The notes under the pieces: generated by a model
What the model was told of the DNA's origin: nothing
What the model saw: only the letters and a program-made list of their open reading frames with translations
Databases searched by the model: none
Position numbers and translations under genes: made by a program
Assembly: GCA_951406725.2 (NCBI GenBank)
Contig: OX597817.1
Span: 83,948,001 to 84,012,000 of the forward strand
Direction: 5' to 3'
From: Octopus vulgaris
Lineage: Eukaryota
Length of the DNA: 64,000 nt
Shown: one piece after another, positions 26,877 through 39,810 of the stretch
Layout: every line of letters begins with the position of its first letter
Numbering within the stretch: the first letter of the stretch is position 1

Positions 26877-27403
26877 GTAAGTTGTCTTTTTTTTTTTTCT
26901 TTTTAACCTTTATTTTAATTTCTCCTACTGACAGATAATTTAGAAATTATCCAACCTTGTTCTTCAATCCCTTTATAACAGTTTTTTGCATTTTACTTTT
27001 AAAGAGAAGCAATTAAGATGGGTGCTAAAACATAAATAATTACTAGGTTTTTTTTTTTTATGTTCTGTGTTTTGTGACCAATATCATTGAGCCAATCCCT
27101 GGTTAACTGCACTTCCAATGGGGATAGTGCAAAGTGTAAGGGAATCTCTGCAACATGGGTGAAGGGATAAAGTATTTTTATTTTACAACACTGGTTTATC
27201 TGGAAATTTCTCAGCAAGAGCACACTCACCTAAAGAAATGCACATAGGGAAGAAACACAGAATGATGTGGTTGTAAAGAAAACTTATTAAACCATGAACA
27301 TATATATGTATATATATATTTAATGTAGGATAATTTTTTTTTTTTCAAAAAAAAAAATTTTATCAAAGGCCAGCATATTAAAAAATACCTTTAATGGTTA
27401 AAA

Positions 27404-27560
27404 TTATAAACAACTTATAAATAAGGGCAAACGAAAAAATTTCTAATTTTTCACAATATGCATGCATATCGTGAAAAATTATATGGTAATGGACAATATA
27501 TCCAATTTTCGACATATTTGGCATTAGAAATTTTTTCATTTGCCCTTATTTATAAGTTGT

Positions 27561-27566
<6 letters not shown>
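27404..27566. repeat. Inverted repeat (about 43-bp arms) with an internal palindrome, next to (TA)n
   Basis: tataaacaacttataaataagggcaaacgaaaaaatttctaat / attagaaattttttcatttgcccttatttataagttgtttata; inner aatttttcacaatatgca|tgcatatcgtgaaaaatt. Confidence 0.75.
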
Positions 27567-27609
<43 letters not shown>

Positions 27610-29066
27610 TATATATATTGAGAAACAGGAGGCCGTTAGAATTTTGGATAATCCTTTATTAGCACTTTCATTCGTTTTTTGAACTTGTCAAGACAAAATC
27701 AAAATGGTAAAAACAGTATGTTTCGTTATATGAATGGGATGTCTTTTTGCTTTGTTTACAAGAGGAAAATATTGTTTTTATTTTTTTGGAAAAGCAAGGA
27801 GAGAGAGAGAGGGGAAAGTAAAGAGGTGGGGAAATAGATGGAGAGAAAGTTTTCAGGACAATCAAGAAAGAGGAGAAAAAATAATAATAATAATAAAGGA
27901 TGGGGAAAGGGCAGAGAGAGAGAGAGAGAGAGAGAGAGTGGTTTCTTTTCAATTTGATATGGTTGATTCATTGAAATTTCATTACAAGCATATTTCTTTT
28001 TCTCTTTCCATTGTACACCTATCAACATATTTGTAAATAAACACATTTCCTCACAAGGGCTGATGACCTTTCAACGATGTCAATTTTAGGAAGTAGGATG
28101 GAAGAAATAAGAAAAGTGGGGATGGTGTGGTCATCACTGGAAAGTGAAAAAAGAATTCAAAGTCTTATGAAAATGTCCATTCCTTTACACTGTGTAGCCA
28201 AGTCCCATATTCTGTGTAATTCTGTTTTGCATGAACAAACATTAACTATTAGTACGATATTCATAAATTAGGGAAAGGAAGTCAGAATATGAAAGAATAA
28301 TTTGGTACTGTTTATAATTCAGTCTATTCTCTGTGTACATTTGATTAAACCTTATAATTGAGTTTTGTACATATTTTGTATATTTAGCTGGAAGCCACTC
28401 TGTAGGATATAAATTATGTAATAAAGTAGGGCCTACTTAAATATATTTTTTGGAGTATCTTTCAACCTTTTGTAGGATTTATTTTTCTTTTTCATGAATT
28501 ACTTAGTCAAGTAGCTACATTATATATGTTTCCTAATCAGTGATGAAATGGTTCCAGTATTATTTCTTGAGTATATGTAAGTTCTACATATACTCAAGTG
28601 CTTCAAACTCTAATTTTTCATTTCATTGCTAGCTCTTCTGGGAATATTCTATGTTTTAAACTTCTTACAAGTGAGGTCACACTAATAACTTTCCTCATGA
28701 ACTTGTGCTATTATTTAAGTAATGCTTTAAAGTAATATTTTTTAAAACAATGAATGCATATGCCTGCATTGGTGTGTTTTGCATGCATATGCATATATAC
28801 ATATATAAATACATATGCAGGAAATCATACATGCATGCATAAATTCACACAAAGCATATATATATATATATAAATAGATGGGTGTATTTTTACCTTGTTA
28901 ACAATTAACACGGAAAAAATAAATAAATAGTTACCAGGGCAGCATTGTTTATACCATTTATTCTTTTGAATAGTATCAGTGGAATTTTCGAAACATGTGT
29001 CGAAAGTAAAAATATTTGATTACACCTGCGTTAACTCCATTTTTTTTATTCATATATATATATATA

Positions 29067-30286
29067 TCAGGTCATTAAGAAGGAAATGTCCAATTTTGAA
29101 CTGAAAGTTTATTTTACTTTATCTCAACGAAAAGCAATGCAATTAATCAATGTATACACCTAAATTATTAACACAATTTTGCCAGTTTTATCAGTAGCTT
29201 ATTTATGCTGGCAGCAAAGAATTCTGGAGAGCAAGAGGAGATGAAATCATGAAAGGCTGTTTTAGCATCTTCTTCAGATTTGAAGTTTTTTCTTTACAAA
29301 AAGTTGTCTAATGCCTGGAAAACATGATAGTCAGTTGGTGCAAGGTCTGGTGAATATAGTGGATGACAGAGTACTTTTAAGTTCAGTTCCTGTAACTTGA
29401 GTAGCGTTCTTTATGCAACATGTGGCTGAGCATTGTCTTGCAAGAGAATTGGCCTGTCTCTGTTGACCAATCTCAGTTATTTAATTGCAATTTCACTCAT
29501 CATTTCATCCAGTTGGTTGATGTATGCATCTGCTGTAATTGACTTGCCAGGTCTCATGAAGCTGTAGTGGGTGACACCAGTGCTGTGCCACCAAACAGAC
29601 ACCATGGTACAGAATGCTTGCTATTGAAAAGAATTCATTTTTCATCACATGTAACAATACAATGCAAAAAATGGTTCAATTTTATGCCATGACAGCAAAG
29701 AACAGCAAGTTTCAAGATGATGTGTCATTTGATGCTTGTTCAATTCATGTGGTATCCACTTGTTCCAGCTACTTTACCATGCCAGTTTGTTTCAGATGGT
29801 CCAATACAGTTGGAATCAAAATATCAAACCTTGCTGCTAGTTCATGCGTAGTTTGAGATATATCTGCTTCCACTACAGTTTCCAGCTCTTCATTACCCAC
29901 TTTGGCCTCAAGTCTACTACAGAGCTGATTTCCAAGAATAAAGTCACCAGTCCAGAATTTCTCAAACTATCGACGTACAGTGCACTCATTCGCTACATCT
30001 TCACCAAACACCTCATTGATGTTACAAGCTGTCTCAGATGCATTGGTTCCACAACAGAACCCATATTCGTAAACAAAAAAAATTTTTATCTATCCATGGG
30101 TTAACAAAAAAGGATTTATAAGAGAAAACTCACAATATAATCAGAAACTATGAATTGCATTTTGGAAAGTGATGATCTAACTCTTTAGTGTTGTAAAACA
30201 AAGAATTGTCAGGATAAAACTTTAGAGTTAACGACTGTCAAACGTAGTGCATAAGAAAATCAGGCATTTCATTCTTAAGGACCTGA
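29067..30286 (-). mobile_element. Mariner transposon, same family as 2928-4175, degraded
   Basis: Same TIR (tcaggtcattaagaa...); the body is homologous in reverse orientation, with LLQDNAQPH and HPLYSPDLAPTDY on the minus strand. Confidence 0.92.
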
Positions 30287-30289
30287 CAT

Positions 30290-30351
<62 letters not shown>

Positions 30352-30563
30352 AGTTGTATACTGTCAACTTAATATGACAGTCTCATGAAGGGAATAATAC
30401 TACTGCTATTTAGTCCTAGGAAGCAGCAATGCTTCCTGTCGGCCTTGACACATTTCCTGCGTCCTTATGTTTACAAGAGGGAGATAAGCACCTCCACCCA
30501 GCTAATGCAGCAGCCAGAGACTAGTTTCTGAGTCTTTGCTCATTATCAGTGTGGAGTAGCATG

Positions 30564-32429
30564 ACTTTATTTCTTTATTATAGACACAATGGCCTGATTA
30601 TATAGAGGGGACAATACAAAATACATGCAGGGACACAAAACAAATGTAAAAATGAAAATGAAATGAATATAAACAGGATGTAAATGAGACAGTCACCTTG
30701 CCCTTACTGCAAGATGAACTGTGATTATCTATACATAGAACTTACTTTGTTAAACTTACAAAAAAACTTTACAAAAAACATTGATTTTTACATCTATCCT
30801 AGCTTTGCTACAATGCGAAACTGTCCTTTTCTTTAATTTTTTGTTCTACCGTTCATATATGTCCTTTTACGAATTATATTTCTTTCTTTTTTCTTTTTTT
30901 TTTTTACAATGTAATTGTCTGTTCATCAATTTTTCATTATTACAATTTATTATGTTCATTTTTCTTTTTTCCTTCTTATTTTCATCCTTTCCCGTTATGT
31001 TTCTCTCCGTTTTTTGTTTTCCTCTATGCTTTTTCCTTCCTTCACCCACTCGCCGTTCTGGTTCTTCTCTCCACTGCAACTCCACATTCTGCACTCTCTC
31101 ATATTCCGGTTCATGAAGTTTGAGGAAGAATTAACAATACTTATTATGCCAGAAGAAGAGAAGAAGAAAATAGAAAGAAGAACAGTTAAATTTTGAACCT
31201 TTTCAAATGAAAACAGAAGGATAGAGAGAGCACCAGAAAATGAGACTGAGACATTAATTTTGAGCAGCATAAAGGAGAAAATTGTGTTCATAAATTGTGT
31301 TCATCTGTATCTCTGTTCAACTGTACTTGTTCATTCTCTCTTTGCGTATCTCTCCTGGTTCCCCTGTTTTGCCTCCTCATTCCTTTGTATCTCTATTTCC
31401 TCTTCCGACATCTCTGCTGTTAGCTCTTCCATAACTTTAGTTTCATATTGTTTTGCCTCTTCCTTGTTTTTGCTTCTTTTTATTTCCATTATTGTTTGGG
31501 ATTTTTTCCTTTCCCATTTTCTGCTTTTTATTTCTTCTGTTTTTTCCTTCTCCACCTGTTCCTCTGCCCATTGTCTTTGTTCTTCTATAATACTTTCCAT
31601 TACTTCCTTTGCCACTTCCTCGACTGGTTTACAGTCTTTAATTTTATGGCCTCTCAGACCACACCTATAACATCTGGGTAGTCTGTCTGTCATAATTAAT
31701 TATGTCTAATCTATCTCCTGTTGGTAACGCTATTATTTCTGGGACTTCTTTGTAATATTCTGGGGTTACAGCTCCGATTATTTCAATGCCGTATCCCCAG
31801 AAATTTTTACATTCAGTTTTGCTGACTAGTTGTATTTCCAAATCAAGTCTACCTTTTCGTAGCTTTTCTCCAAAAATTGCCACTATCACCCATTCTGGCT
31901 CTATCGTTGGGAGCAGTCTTCCCACTCTGACTCTTATTAAAGTGTTTCCCATCATGCTGGGTAATAGTGACCATTTTCTGCCTTCTGTTACTTGTTTGCT
32001 GTTAGCTACCACGTCCTCTTCTTTCTTAAAAGTTACCTCTACAGTTCCGTATTCTTTTCCTTTGTTTATGAACACAATTTTCTCCTCTATGCTGTTCAAA
32101 ATTAGTGTCTCAATCTCATTTTCTGGTACTCTCTCTATCCTTCTGTTTTCATTTGAAAAGGTTCGAAATTCAACTGTTCTTCTTTCTATTTTCTTCTTCC
32201 GGTATAACAAGTATTGTTAATTCTTCCTCAAACTTCTCCATATTGCTGTATTTTCTTAACTTCTTTATATCCCACTCTATCTACTGATGCTTCAGTCTTC
32301 CTCTGTTCATTGCTTCCTGCATTTCTACAATCTCCGCATACGCTTTCATGTCATCCTTTCTCGTTCTGCCTAAATGACGGTCTTGCATCATTCGGTCTCG
32401 CTTCTCAAAAACAAAACTCAAAAGAGCTC
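30564..32429 (-). mobile_element. Non-autonomous LINE derivative carrying only a degraded gag-like ORF1 (CCHC zinc knuckle), possibly Tx1/L1-type
   Basis: 12-bp target duplication tggagtagcatg (30552-30563 and 32430-32441); CYRCGLRGHKIKDC knuckle (ORF 31331-31693); A-rich 3' end aataaagaaataaag; no RT found. Confidence 0.75.
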
Positions 32430-32742
32430 TGGAGTAGCATGGCTTGCTAGTTGGAGATGCTTATCCAGCCCTTGTAAACATATAATTATTCTAGTGAAAT
32501 ACATTCACTGATTTCAAAAATAGAAATAATACATTTCTAAATCTCTCAGAGAGATTTATGCAGTAGTGATATGATAAAGTAGTTGTATGCTGTCAACTTA
32601 ATATGACAGTCCCATGAAGGGAATAATACTACTGCTATTTAGCCCTAGGAAGCAGCAATGCTTCCTGTCAGCCTTGACACATTTCCTTCGTCCTTATGTT
32701 TACAAAGGAAGATAAGCACCTCCACCCAGCTAATGCAGCAGC

Positions 32743-32781
32743 CAGAGACTAGTTTCTGAGTCTTTGCTCATCATCAGTGTG
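32743..32781 (-). ncRNA. Type I hammerhead motif with canonical core; the copy at 30515-30553 has CTGATAA
   Basis: caca-CTGATGA-tgag-caaaga-ctca-GAAA-ctag-TC-tctg. Palindromic stem III (actagt), GUC cleavage triplet, one mismatch in stem I. Confidence 0.8.
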
Positions 32782-34021
32782 CAGTAGTATGGCTTGCTAG
32801 TTGGAGATGCCTATCCAGCCCTTGTAAACATATAATTATTCTCATAGAGTGGTTGGCATTACGAAGGGCATCCAGCTGTAGAAACACTGCCAGATCAGAC
32901 TGGAGCCTGGTGCAGCTCCTGTGTGTGTGTGTGCAGCCTGCATGCTAGCATGGAAAACATGTTAAATGATGATGATGATGATGATATATATATATATATA
33001 TACCTGTACACACACATATTTATATTTATAATGTCCATCTGTCCATACATGTATTACCTTTTTTGGTTAAATAGGGCCTCTCGTCAGCATAAAAGGCAGA
33101 TTGTATGATTCCTGTGTATGAACAGCTATGCCACATGCCAGTAAGATATGGACAGTGCATGCAGAGGATATGCAATGGCTTGAAAGAAATGAAGCCAGTA
33201 TGCTTCACTGGAAGTGCAATGCACTGTGCATCTGCTACAAAGTGTAAAAGCGTTCAGAAGAAAATTGGGCATAAGTGGCATCAAATGTTGTGTGCTAGAG
33301 AGAAGACTGTGCTGATAAAGTCATGTGATGTATAAGGATGAAAGCACCTGCTTAAAGTAGTGCCAATCTGTAAATGTGAAGGGAACCTTTGGAAGAAGAA
33401 GACCCAAGAAAATATGAAGCAAAATTGTGGAAAATGATCTTCCAATATTGATCCTCATACTGGAGATGACAACAGGCTGAGACAACTAGTGATTTGTCGT
33501 ACAATCCCCATCACCATCTCCTCAAAGCAGAAAACATAGCTTGATGCAGTTTTTTGATTTGGCAGTTACTGTCGAACCATCCAACTAGTGCCAGCAGGGA
33601 AAACAGATGTTAAATGATGATAATAAACATATATTCATTCAAACATTCATATAATATATTGCAAAGACAGCAACATTGCTCCAATTTTGGTAAGCTGCAA
33701 TTCTGATTTATACGTACATACATACATATATACATACATACATGTATACATACATATATACATACGTACATATGTACATATGTACGTATGTATGTATGTA
33801 TGTATGTACATACTTATGTACATATGTATGGAGATATGTATATATAGATATGTATAGATATGTTCGTTTAGATATGTATATATGTATGTATGTGTTTATA
33901 TATATATATATCATGTTTGATCTTTGACCTCTGGCCGAAATCAGATCGCCATGTTGATTCGTTAGCTACTGCACGCATTTTTTTTCTCTCCTTCTTTCTG
34001 TGTTTTTTTTCTCTCTGTGTA

Positions 34022-34059
34022 TCTTTCTGTTGAAGAGCGTAGGCTCGAAACGTTAAAGA
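34022..34059 (+). ncRNA. Minimal type I hammerhead-like motif (core CTGTTGA) in a short element at about 33915-34160
   Basis: tcttt-CTGTTGA-a-gagc-gtag-gctc-GAAA-cg-TT-aaaga. All three stems are present; conserved A6 is replaced by T. Confidence 0.6.
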
Positions 34060-34190
34060 CTTGTTTTATTTATATTTCCTGAGCGCCATACTAATACAAT
34101 TGTTCGTTTGTTTTCCACCTGCCTTCGTCTTTTGTCTATTTTCATAAAGCTTCCCGTTATATATATGTATACATACACACATATATATAT

Positions 34191-34223
<33 letters not shown>

Positions 34224-36192
34224 CATACACTTGGAAATGGATTTGTGGCATTCAATTAAATAATATTTATTTTACATATCTAAACATATATCGATATATA
34301 TCTATATGTACATATCTATACGTACATACATACATATATACTTACCTATCTACCTACCTATCTACCTACCAACCTACCTACCTACCAACCTACCTATCTA
34401 CAACCAAGAACATTACTGCAGACTTGGTTATATGAACTTTGACATTTAGAAATTCATTTAAAAATAAAAGATAAAACATACATACAGAAGACGAGAAATA
34501 AGCCAAAACACTTATACATGATTTTGTCTTCTAAATGTCATGATAGTGAGGTTAAATGAATTTGTGCAAATGAAATAAGATATTCTATTATATTACTTCT
34601 ATCCTACGTTTATATATTTATAATTAATTAGTGTTCTATATGTATTATTTTCTGCTTCTTAAACCTATTATTGCCTGCAACTCATAGTAAAGTACCTAAC
34701 TTCCAATGAAATATTCTAGACATTAACCCTTCAGCATTTAAACCAGCTATATCCAGCACAAATATTCTACCAGTTTGAAGCTCAAAATGGCCAGATCCAG
34801 CCTCTCACACCTACCCTACAACATCATTATGCAAAAATATACAATCACTTCATCAAAATCTCAAAGCTACAACATAATGCAGGATTAATTAAAAAATGTA
34901 AATAAATAATTATTACATTTAACAAGATTGAATGCTAAATAGTTACAAACCAAAATTTTTATTGAGCATTTTGTAAAATCTTTGTAGTTCTCTTTAATAC
35001 ACATGGGTTTTTAGAACTGATGTCTTTTCTTGATTTTCATGAAATATCTTCCATTTTTTTAAAATTCTGGTCATGACACCACACTATCAATGTTTATTTT
35101 GCTGTCAAATTATAGTAAAATTTGATAAATGTTAGTTGCTGTTTCTGATTGATATAGTGGTTTATATTACAAATTCTAAAATGTAAAGAAGTTAAATCAA
35201 TTCAGACAGAGTTTAAAGTTTAAAATCACTGGTTCTGAGTTTAGTGCCAGCACCTAACACTTTCAGCTTCTCTTATCTCTGGACACAATCTTTACTATTA
35301 TCTCTGAACATTAATTTAATTTGTTGTACTTTAATTCCCTTGAAGTTTTCAGTACAGTCGCAAAGTGGTGACATAGATATACTTTTGAAGATATACAATA
35401 ACTTATATCAAAGTAGAGGCATAGGATTAAAATTCATGATGATGAATCACTGATTCTCAATTTGGTGCCAACAACCAACAATTTCAGATATTCCTGTCTC
35501 TTGGACATAATCTATACCTTTATCTTTGTACGTAAATTTAATTATCAAGTTTATTCTTAAGTTCTTAAGAAACTGTCAGTGTAGATAAAAAGTGGTGAGA
35601 CTTATAGTTATACATTTGAAGATATTGTTATCGCATACCAGATTAGAGAATTCAAATGTAACTATTTTTAATCTTTCATTTGTCCAGAAATGGTTTACTG
35701 TATTTGAACCACAAATACAGCTGATAAATATTTGACAATTAGTCAAATATTAGGACTAATTAAGACAAACATTGGTAAGATGGTAAAATTCATCAATCCT
35801 TCCATGCTAAACATGTTCTTTTAATTATCAACTTCAAAAATTTCATTAATTATTTTCTAGATAATTAGCTTTTAACTAATATGAATCAACAATTTTGCTG
35901 CACCTCTGATGAGCCAATTGTAGAACTATTATATGAGTTTAGGTTTTAATAAATAGAATTAAGCATTACTTAATGCTTCATACTCATATAAGATATAATT
36001 ATAGTTATTGCATAATGAGCTAAATATTACGTTTTAGTGAAACTTCATGGCAGATTGCAATCCACAATCATCTTCTTTCACAACTCGAATACTTCACTTA
36101 TGAAAGAAAATCTCTACTTCATATTCCATAACTCTTGGTAAATTTGTTTTTTTCTAAATATTAATACCATTATGTGCATTCTTTTCCTACAG

Positions 36193-36296
36193 ATTGTTTG
36201 TGCAACCTGCGGAATACCAAAGAATTCAAAAGGGCATCAGTCTGGAACAAAGTTTTTAAAGATTTACTTGAACCAACTGTAAAAGAACAAGAGTAA
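36193..36296 (+). CDS. FOCAD: Focadhesin-like gene, terminal coding exon
   Basis: Acceptor cttttcctacag|; the phase-1 join gives NCLCNLRNTKEFKRASVWNKVFKDLLEPTVKEQE* (cf. LLSLRVLPEFKKKAVWTR, recalled). Stop TAA at 36294-36296. Confidence 0.88.
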
Positions 36297-36370
36297 CATT
36301 TTCATATAAAGTTAGCATCTAACTTCCTGAGGAATTACCAATTTTTTTGTTTTTGTTGTGTATAAAGTAA

Positions 36371-36408
36371 AATAAAAATGCCTCTTTCAAATATATTTTG
36401 GAAATAAA
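36371..36408 (+). promoter_or_regulatory. Candidate polyadenylation signals of the FOCAD-like gene
   Basis: AATAAA at 36371-36376 and 36403-36408, about 75 and 107 nt after the stop codon. The AT-rich background weakens this. Confidence 0.45.
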
Positions 36409-36464
36409 ATCTATCCCCAAAATATTGTTCTTTTCCTTCAGTTGCTCCAAATCAGTAAATAGGC

Positions 36465-36862
36465 TGAGGTGTTGCTATGTGGTAAGAAGCTCGCTTCCCA
36501 ACCACATGGTTCTGGATTCATTCCCACTGCATGGTACATTAAGCAGGCGTCTTCTATAGCCTCGGGTTGATCAAAACCTTGTGAATGGATTTGATAGAAG
36601 GAAACTGAAAGAAGTCTATCATGTATATATGTATATATCTTTGTGTGTGTGTATGTCTTTGTGTTTGTCTCCTACCACTGCTTGACAACAGGTTTGGTGT
36701 GTTTACACCCTCATAACATAGTGGTTCAGCAAAAGTAACCTATAGAATAAGTACCATACTTTAAAAACATAAGTACCATGGTTGATTTATTCAATTAAAA
36801 TCCTTCAATGTGGTGCCCCAGCATGGCTACAGTCAATTGACTGAAATAAGTAAAAAATAAGA
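36465..36862 (+). mobile_element. SINE family B
   Basis: Diverged full-length copy just downstream of the FOCAD-like stop codon. Confidence 0.75.
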
Positions 36863-37379
36863 GATATAATCTCGAGATTAATGGTGGTAATCTGTTTAAC
36901 TAATTTTAGTTCATATCTTTCTTAAAATATTATCATGCTATTCATAAATATAGGATTAACTTAGCAGATGCTGAAAAAAATAATCTTCAGAAACTTGTTG
37001 TTGTGTGTCACATTTCCATGAAGGGCAAGTGCTCTGACCTTACCTTCCAACATCTCAATGGAGATGAAGCAATCATTAATAACAACATTCTTCAACACCT
37101 TTAATCTCCTGTCAGTATGGCTTCTGTATAAGAAGGTCAACTGGAAATACTCTCCTGTATTACTCTCCATTGAGCCTTTCACTAATGAAAACAATGTTGC
37201 TGCACTTGGCATTTGATGCCAATAGCTATTCACTATTGTCTGGCAGGCAGAACTCTTAGCTGAACTCTTTGTATGTAGGTTCCACCAGTTTTCTGTCTCT
37301 TGGATTGGAAGCTTCCTGTCAGATTGTATAACCATACCATGTACTGATGGAGACCTCTCTGACATACAGTTTTTAACAT

Positions 37380-39810
37380 TGGTGGGGCACCTAACATTAA
37401 GTTATGTTCCCTCACACTTTTCCCAGAGGCGTTTTAATGCATGTTGCATCCAAAAGGTAAGGTGGAGAGGAGCTTCAACCAGGTTTCTCACAGGCAAAAC
37501 ACATCAGTATAAAATCTTCTGGAAAGGTAACAGTGACAGGATAGGTGGTGTGGGCATACTTCTTGCAGATAAATTGGTGGATAAGGTCATAAAGGTAGCC
37601 AAAATGGGTCATAGAGTGCTTAAGCTTAGGCTATTCTTACAGAACAGTATAGTGACAATTATCTCTGCCTTTGCCTCTCAAGCAGGCTACCTCAAAGACG
37701 AGTGACAATGATCTCTTCATGGCTGGGGATTTCAATGGGCATGTTGGACGGCAGCTTGGTGTCTTCCATGGTGTGCATGAGGGCCATGGTGTATATGAGG
37801 GAACAAGGCTACTGGAGTTCTGTAATGCAAATAACCTTTTGATCTGCAACATGAACTTCAGGAAGCCAGCCAACCACCTGATAACCTACCAATCAGGTGT
37901 CTGTGCATGCCAGATTGATTACATTTTCACCAAACAGCAGGATGCATGGTTGCTCCTAAATAAAAGACCCTGCCTGGTGAAGAATGTACCCCAGCATTAT
38001 AGACTAGTCATTAGTGACTTTAGACTCCAATCTGGAAAAGAAGGATCTGGAAGCTGAAGGACCCTTCATATGGTCAGAGATTTAGAGACAGCCTAATTGA
38101 GAAATTTGATGAAGGGGAGGAGGTGCTACAGACTTGTGGCATAGAGGGCAAGTGGGAATTCCTGATGGACAGCTTGCTAGGTGCAACAGATCAAATCTGT
38201 GGCTGCTGCAAAGTCCCATCCAGACCTAGGATAATGTGGTGGTGGAATGATGCAGTAGACAGGGCCATTAGAACTAAGAAACAGGCTTTGAAGAATGGAG
38301 GTAGCAGGATACTGTATCATTGAGAAGGGATGCTAGGAGACAAGTATATCTAGCCAAAGGAGAAGCAAAAAAAGAAGTTTGCCTATGTTCAGTGATGTGA
38401 GAACCAAAAGAACTGAAGTGTTTTGGATTGCAAATCAGTGTGTAAGAGAAAATCATGATGTCATAGGCGAGAAATATATACTTATGGGTGCTCTTGCATG
38501 TAATGCTTCTGCAAAGAAAGAGGCTAGGAAATGTCATTATGAAAGACTGCTGAATGTAGAGAATGAGTGGGAGGAGGAGAGTCTGCCAAATGTTGACCCA
38601 ATTGAGGGACCAGCTACCCAAATCAACAGTTCCATGGAGATAAAGCAATTAAGGATATGAAGACAGGAAAAAACCCTGGCCTTTCAGGAATCTCTGCCGA
38701 GGTTTATGATCTAGTCACTCATATTGTAAATCAGGTGATTCACGAAGGAGTCATATCCAATGACTTGTATAGCAGTACCATAGTGAGCTGCTACAAAGGT
38801 AAAGGTGATGCCTTAGATAGGAATAATTACAGTGATGCCAAATTGCTGAAGTAAGTGATGAAAGTTGTGGAGGGAGTCATAGACCTACTAATTAGTGAAT
38901 TAGCTTAGGTGAGATGCAGTTTGGTTTTGTGCCAGGGAGAAGCACCACTGATGTTTTTTTTCTGGTGAGGAATCTGCAGGAAAAATACTTAGCCAAAGAT
39001 AAACCTCTGTACTTGGCTTTTGTTGGCTTGGAGAAAGCCTTTGACAAGGAGCCCCAATCCCTTACCTAGTGGTCAATGTGAAAACTAGGGATAGGCGAGT
39101 GATTGGTGAGAACTGTACAAGCTATGTACAGGGATGCTACCAGTAAGGTGAGGGTTGGCTATGAGTACAGCAAAGAATTCAGTGTACCAGTAGCGGTTCA
39201 CCAAAGACCAGTGCTCAGCCCACCTCTTGTTCATTATAGTCCTTCAGGTAATAACAGAGGAATTCAAGACAAGCTGCCCTTGTGAGCTCCTCTATTCTGA
39301 TGACCTTGTTCTTATAGCTGAGTCATTACCAGAACTAGAGAAGAAGTTTCATGTATGGAAGCAAGGCCTAGAATGGAAGTGCCTTAGAGTTAACCTAACA
39401 AAAACCAAAGTCTTAGTAAGTAGGAAGGCAGACAAATCACAAATCCCTTCGGGTAGATGGCTCTGCTCAATCTGTAGAAAATGTGTTGGGTGAAACTCCA
39501 TAAGATGCATCCAATGTAAGCTTTGGACACATAAAAGGTGCAGCAATATTAGAGGAAGGTTAATAAGGAAACTAGCTTTTATATGTGGATGATGCACAGG
39601 TACATAAACTCAGAAAATAGACTCTATCAACTGCCAGGGGTGCAAGCTAGAGATAGTACATAGCTCCCATTACTTAGGTGACCAAGTTAGTAGAGGAGAT
39701 GGATGCTCCAAGAGTGTAGCTGTGAGAATAAGATTAGTATGGGCAAAGTTCAGAGAGTTCCTACCCCTGCTAGCAACAAAGGGCCTCTCTCTCTCAGAGT
39801 GAAAGGCTGA
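37380..39810 (+). mobile_element. RTE LINE, degraded APE endonuclease and RT
   Basis: CCIQKVRWRG, GGVGILL, AGDFNGHVG, QIDYIF, YKGKGDAL, QFGFVPGRSTTD, LEKAFD and ELLYSDDLVL motifs across broken frames; followed by its (gat)n-tailed 3'UTR. Confidence 0.9.

Larger units (their letters stand above)
30345..32842 (-). mobile_element. Non-coding 350-bp tandem repeat (about 1.8 units) with one hammerhead per unit; retrozyme-like, interrupted by an insertion
   Basis: 30345-30563 plus 32430-32842 form head-to-tail copies with period 350 (32431 vs 32781). Begins at a (TA)n tract. Confidence 0.8.

Noticed and set aside
35906-35940. Isolated CTGATGA hits (also near 67, 17857 and 28060)
   Set aside because: No stem II, GAAA, stem III or UH context, so these are chance matches.
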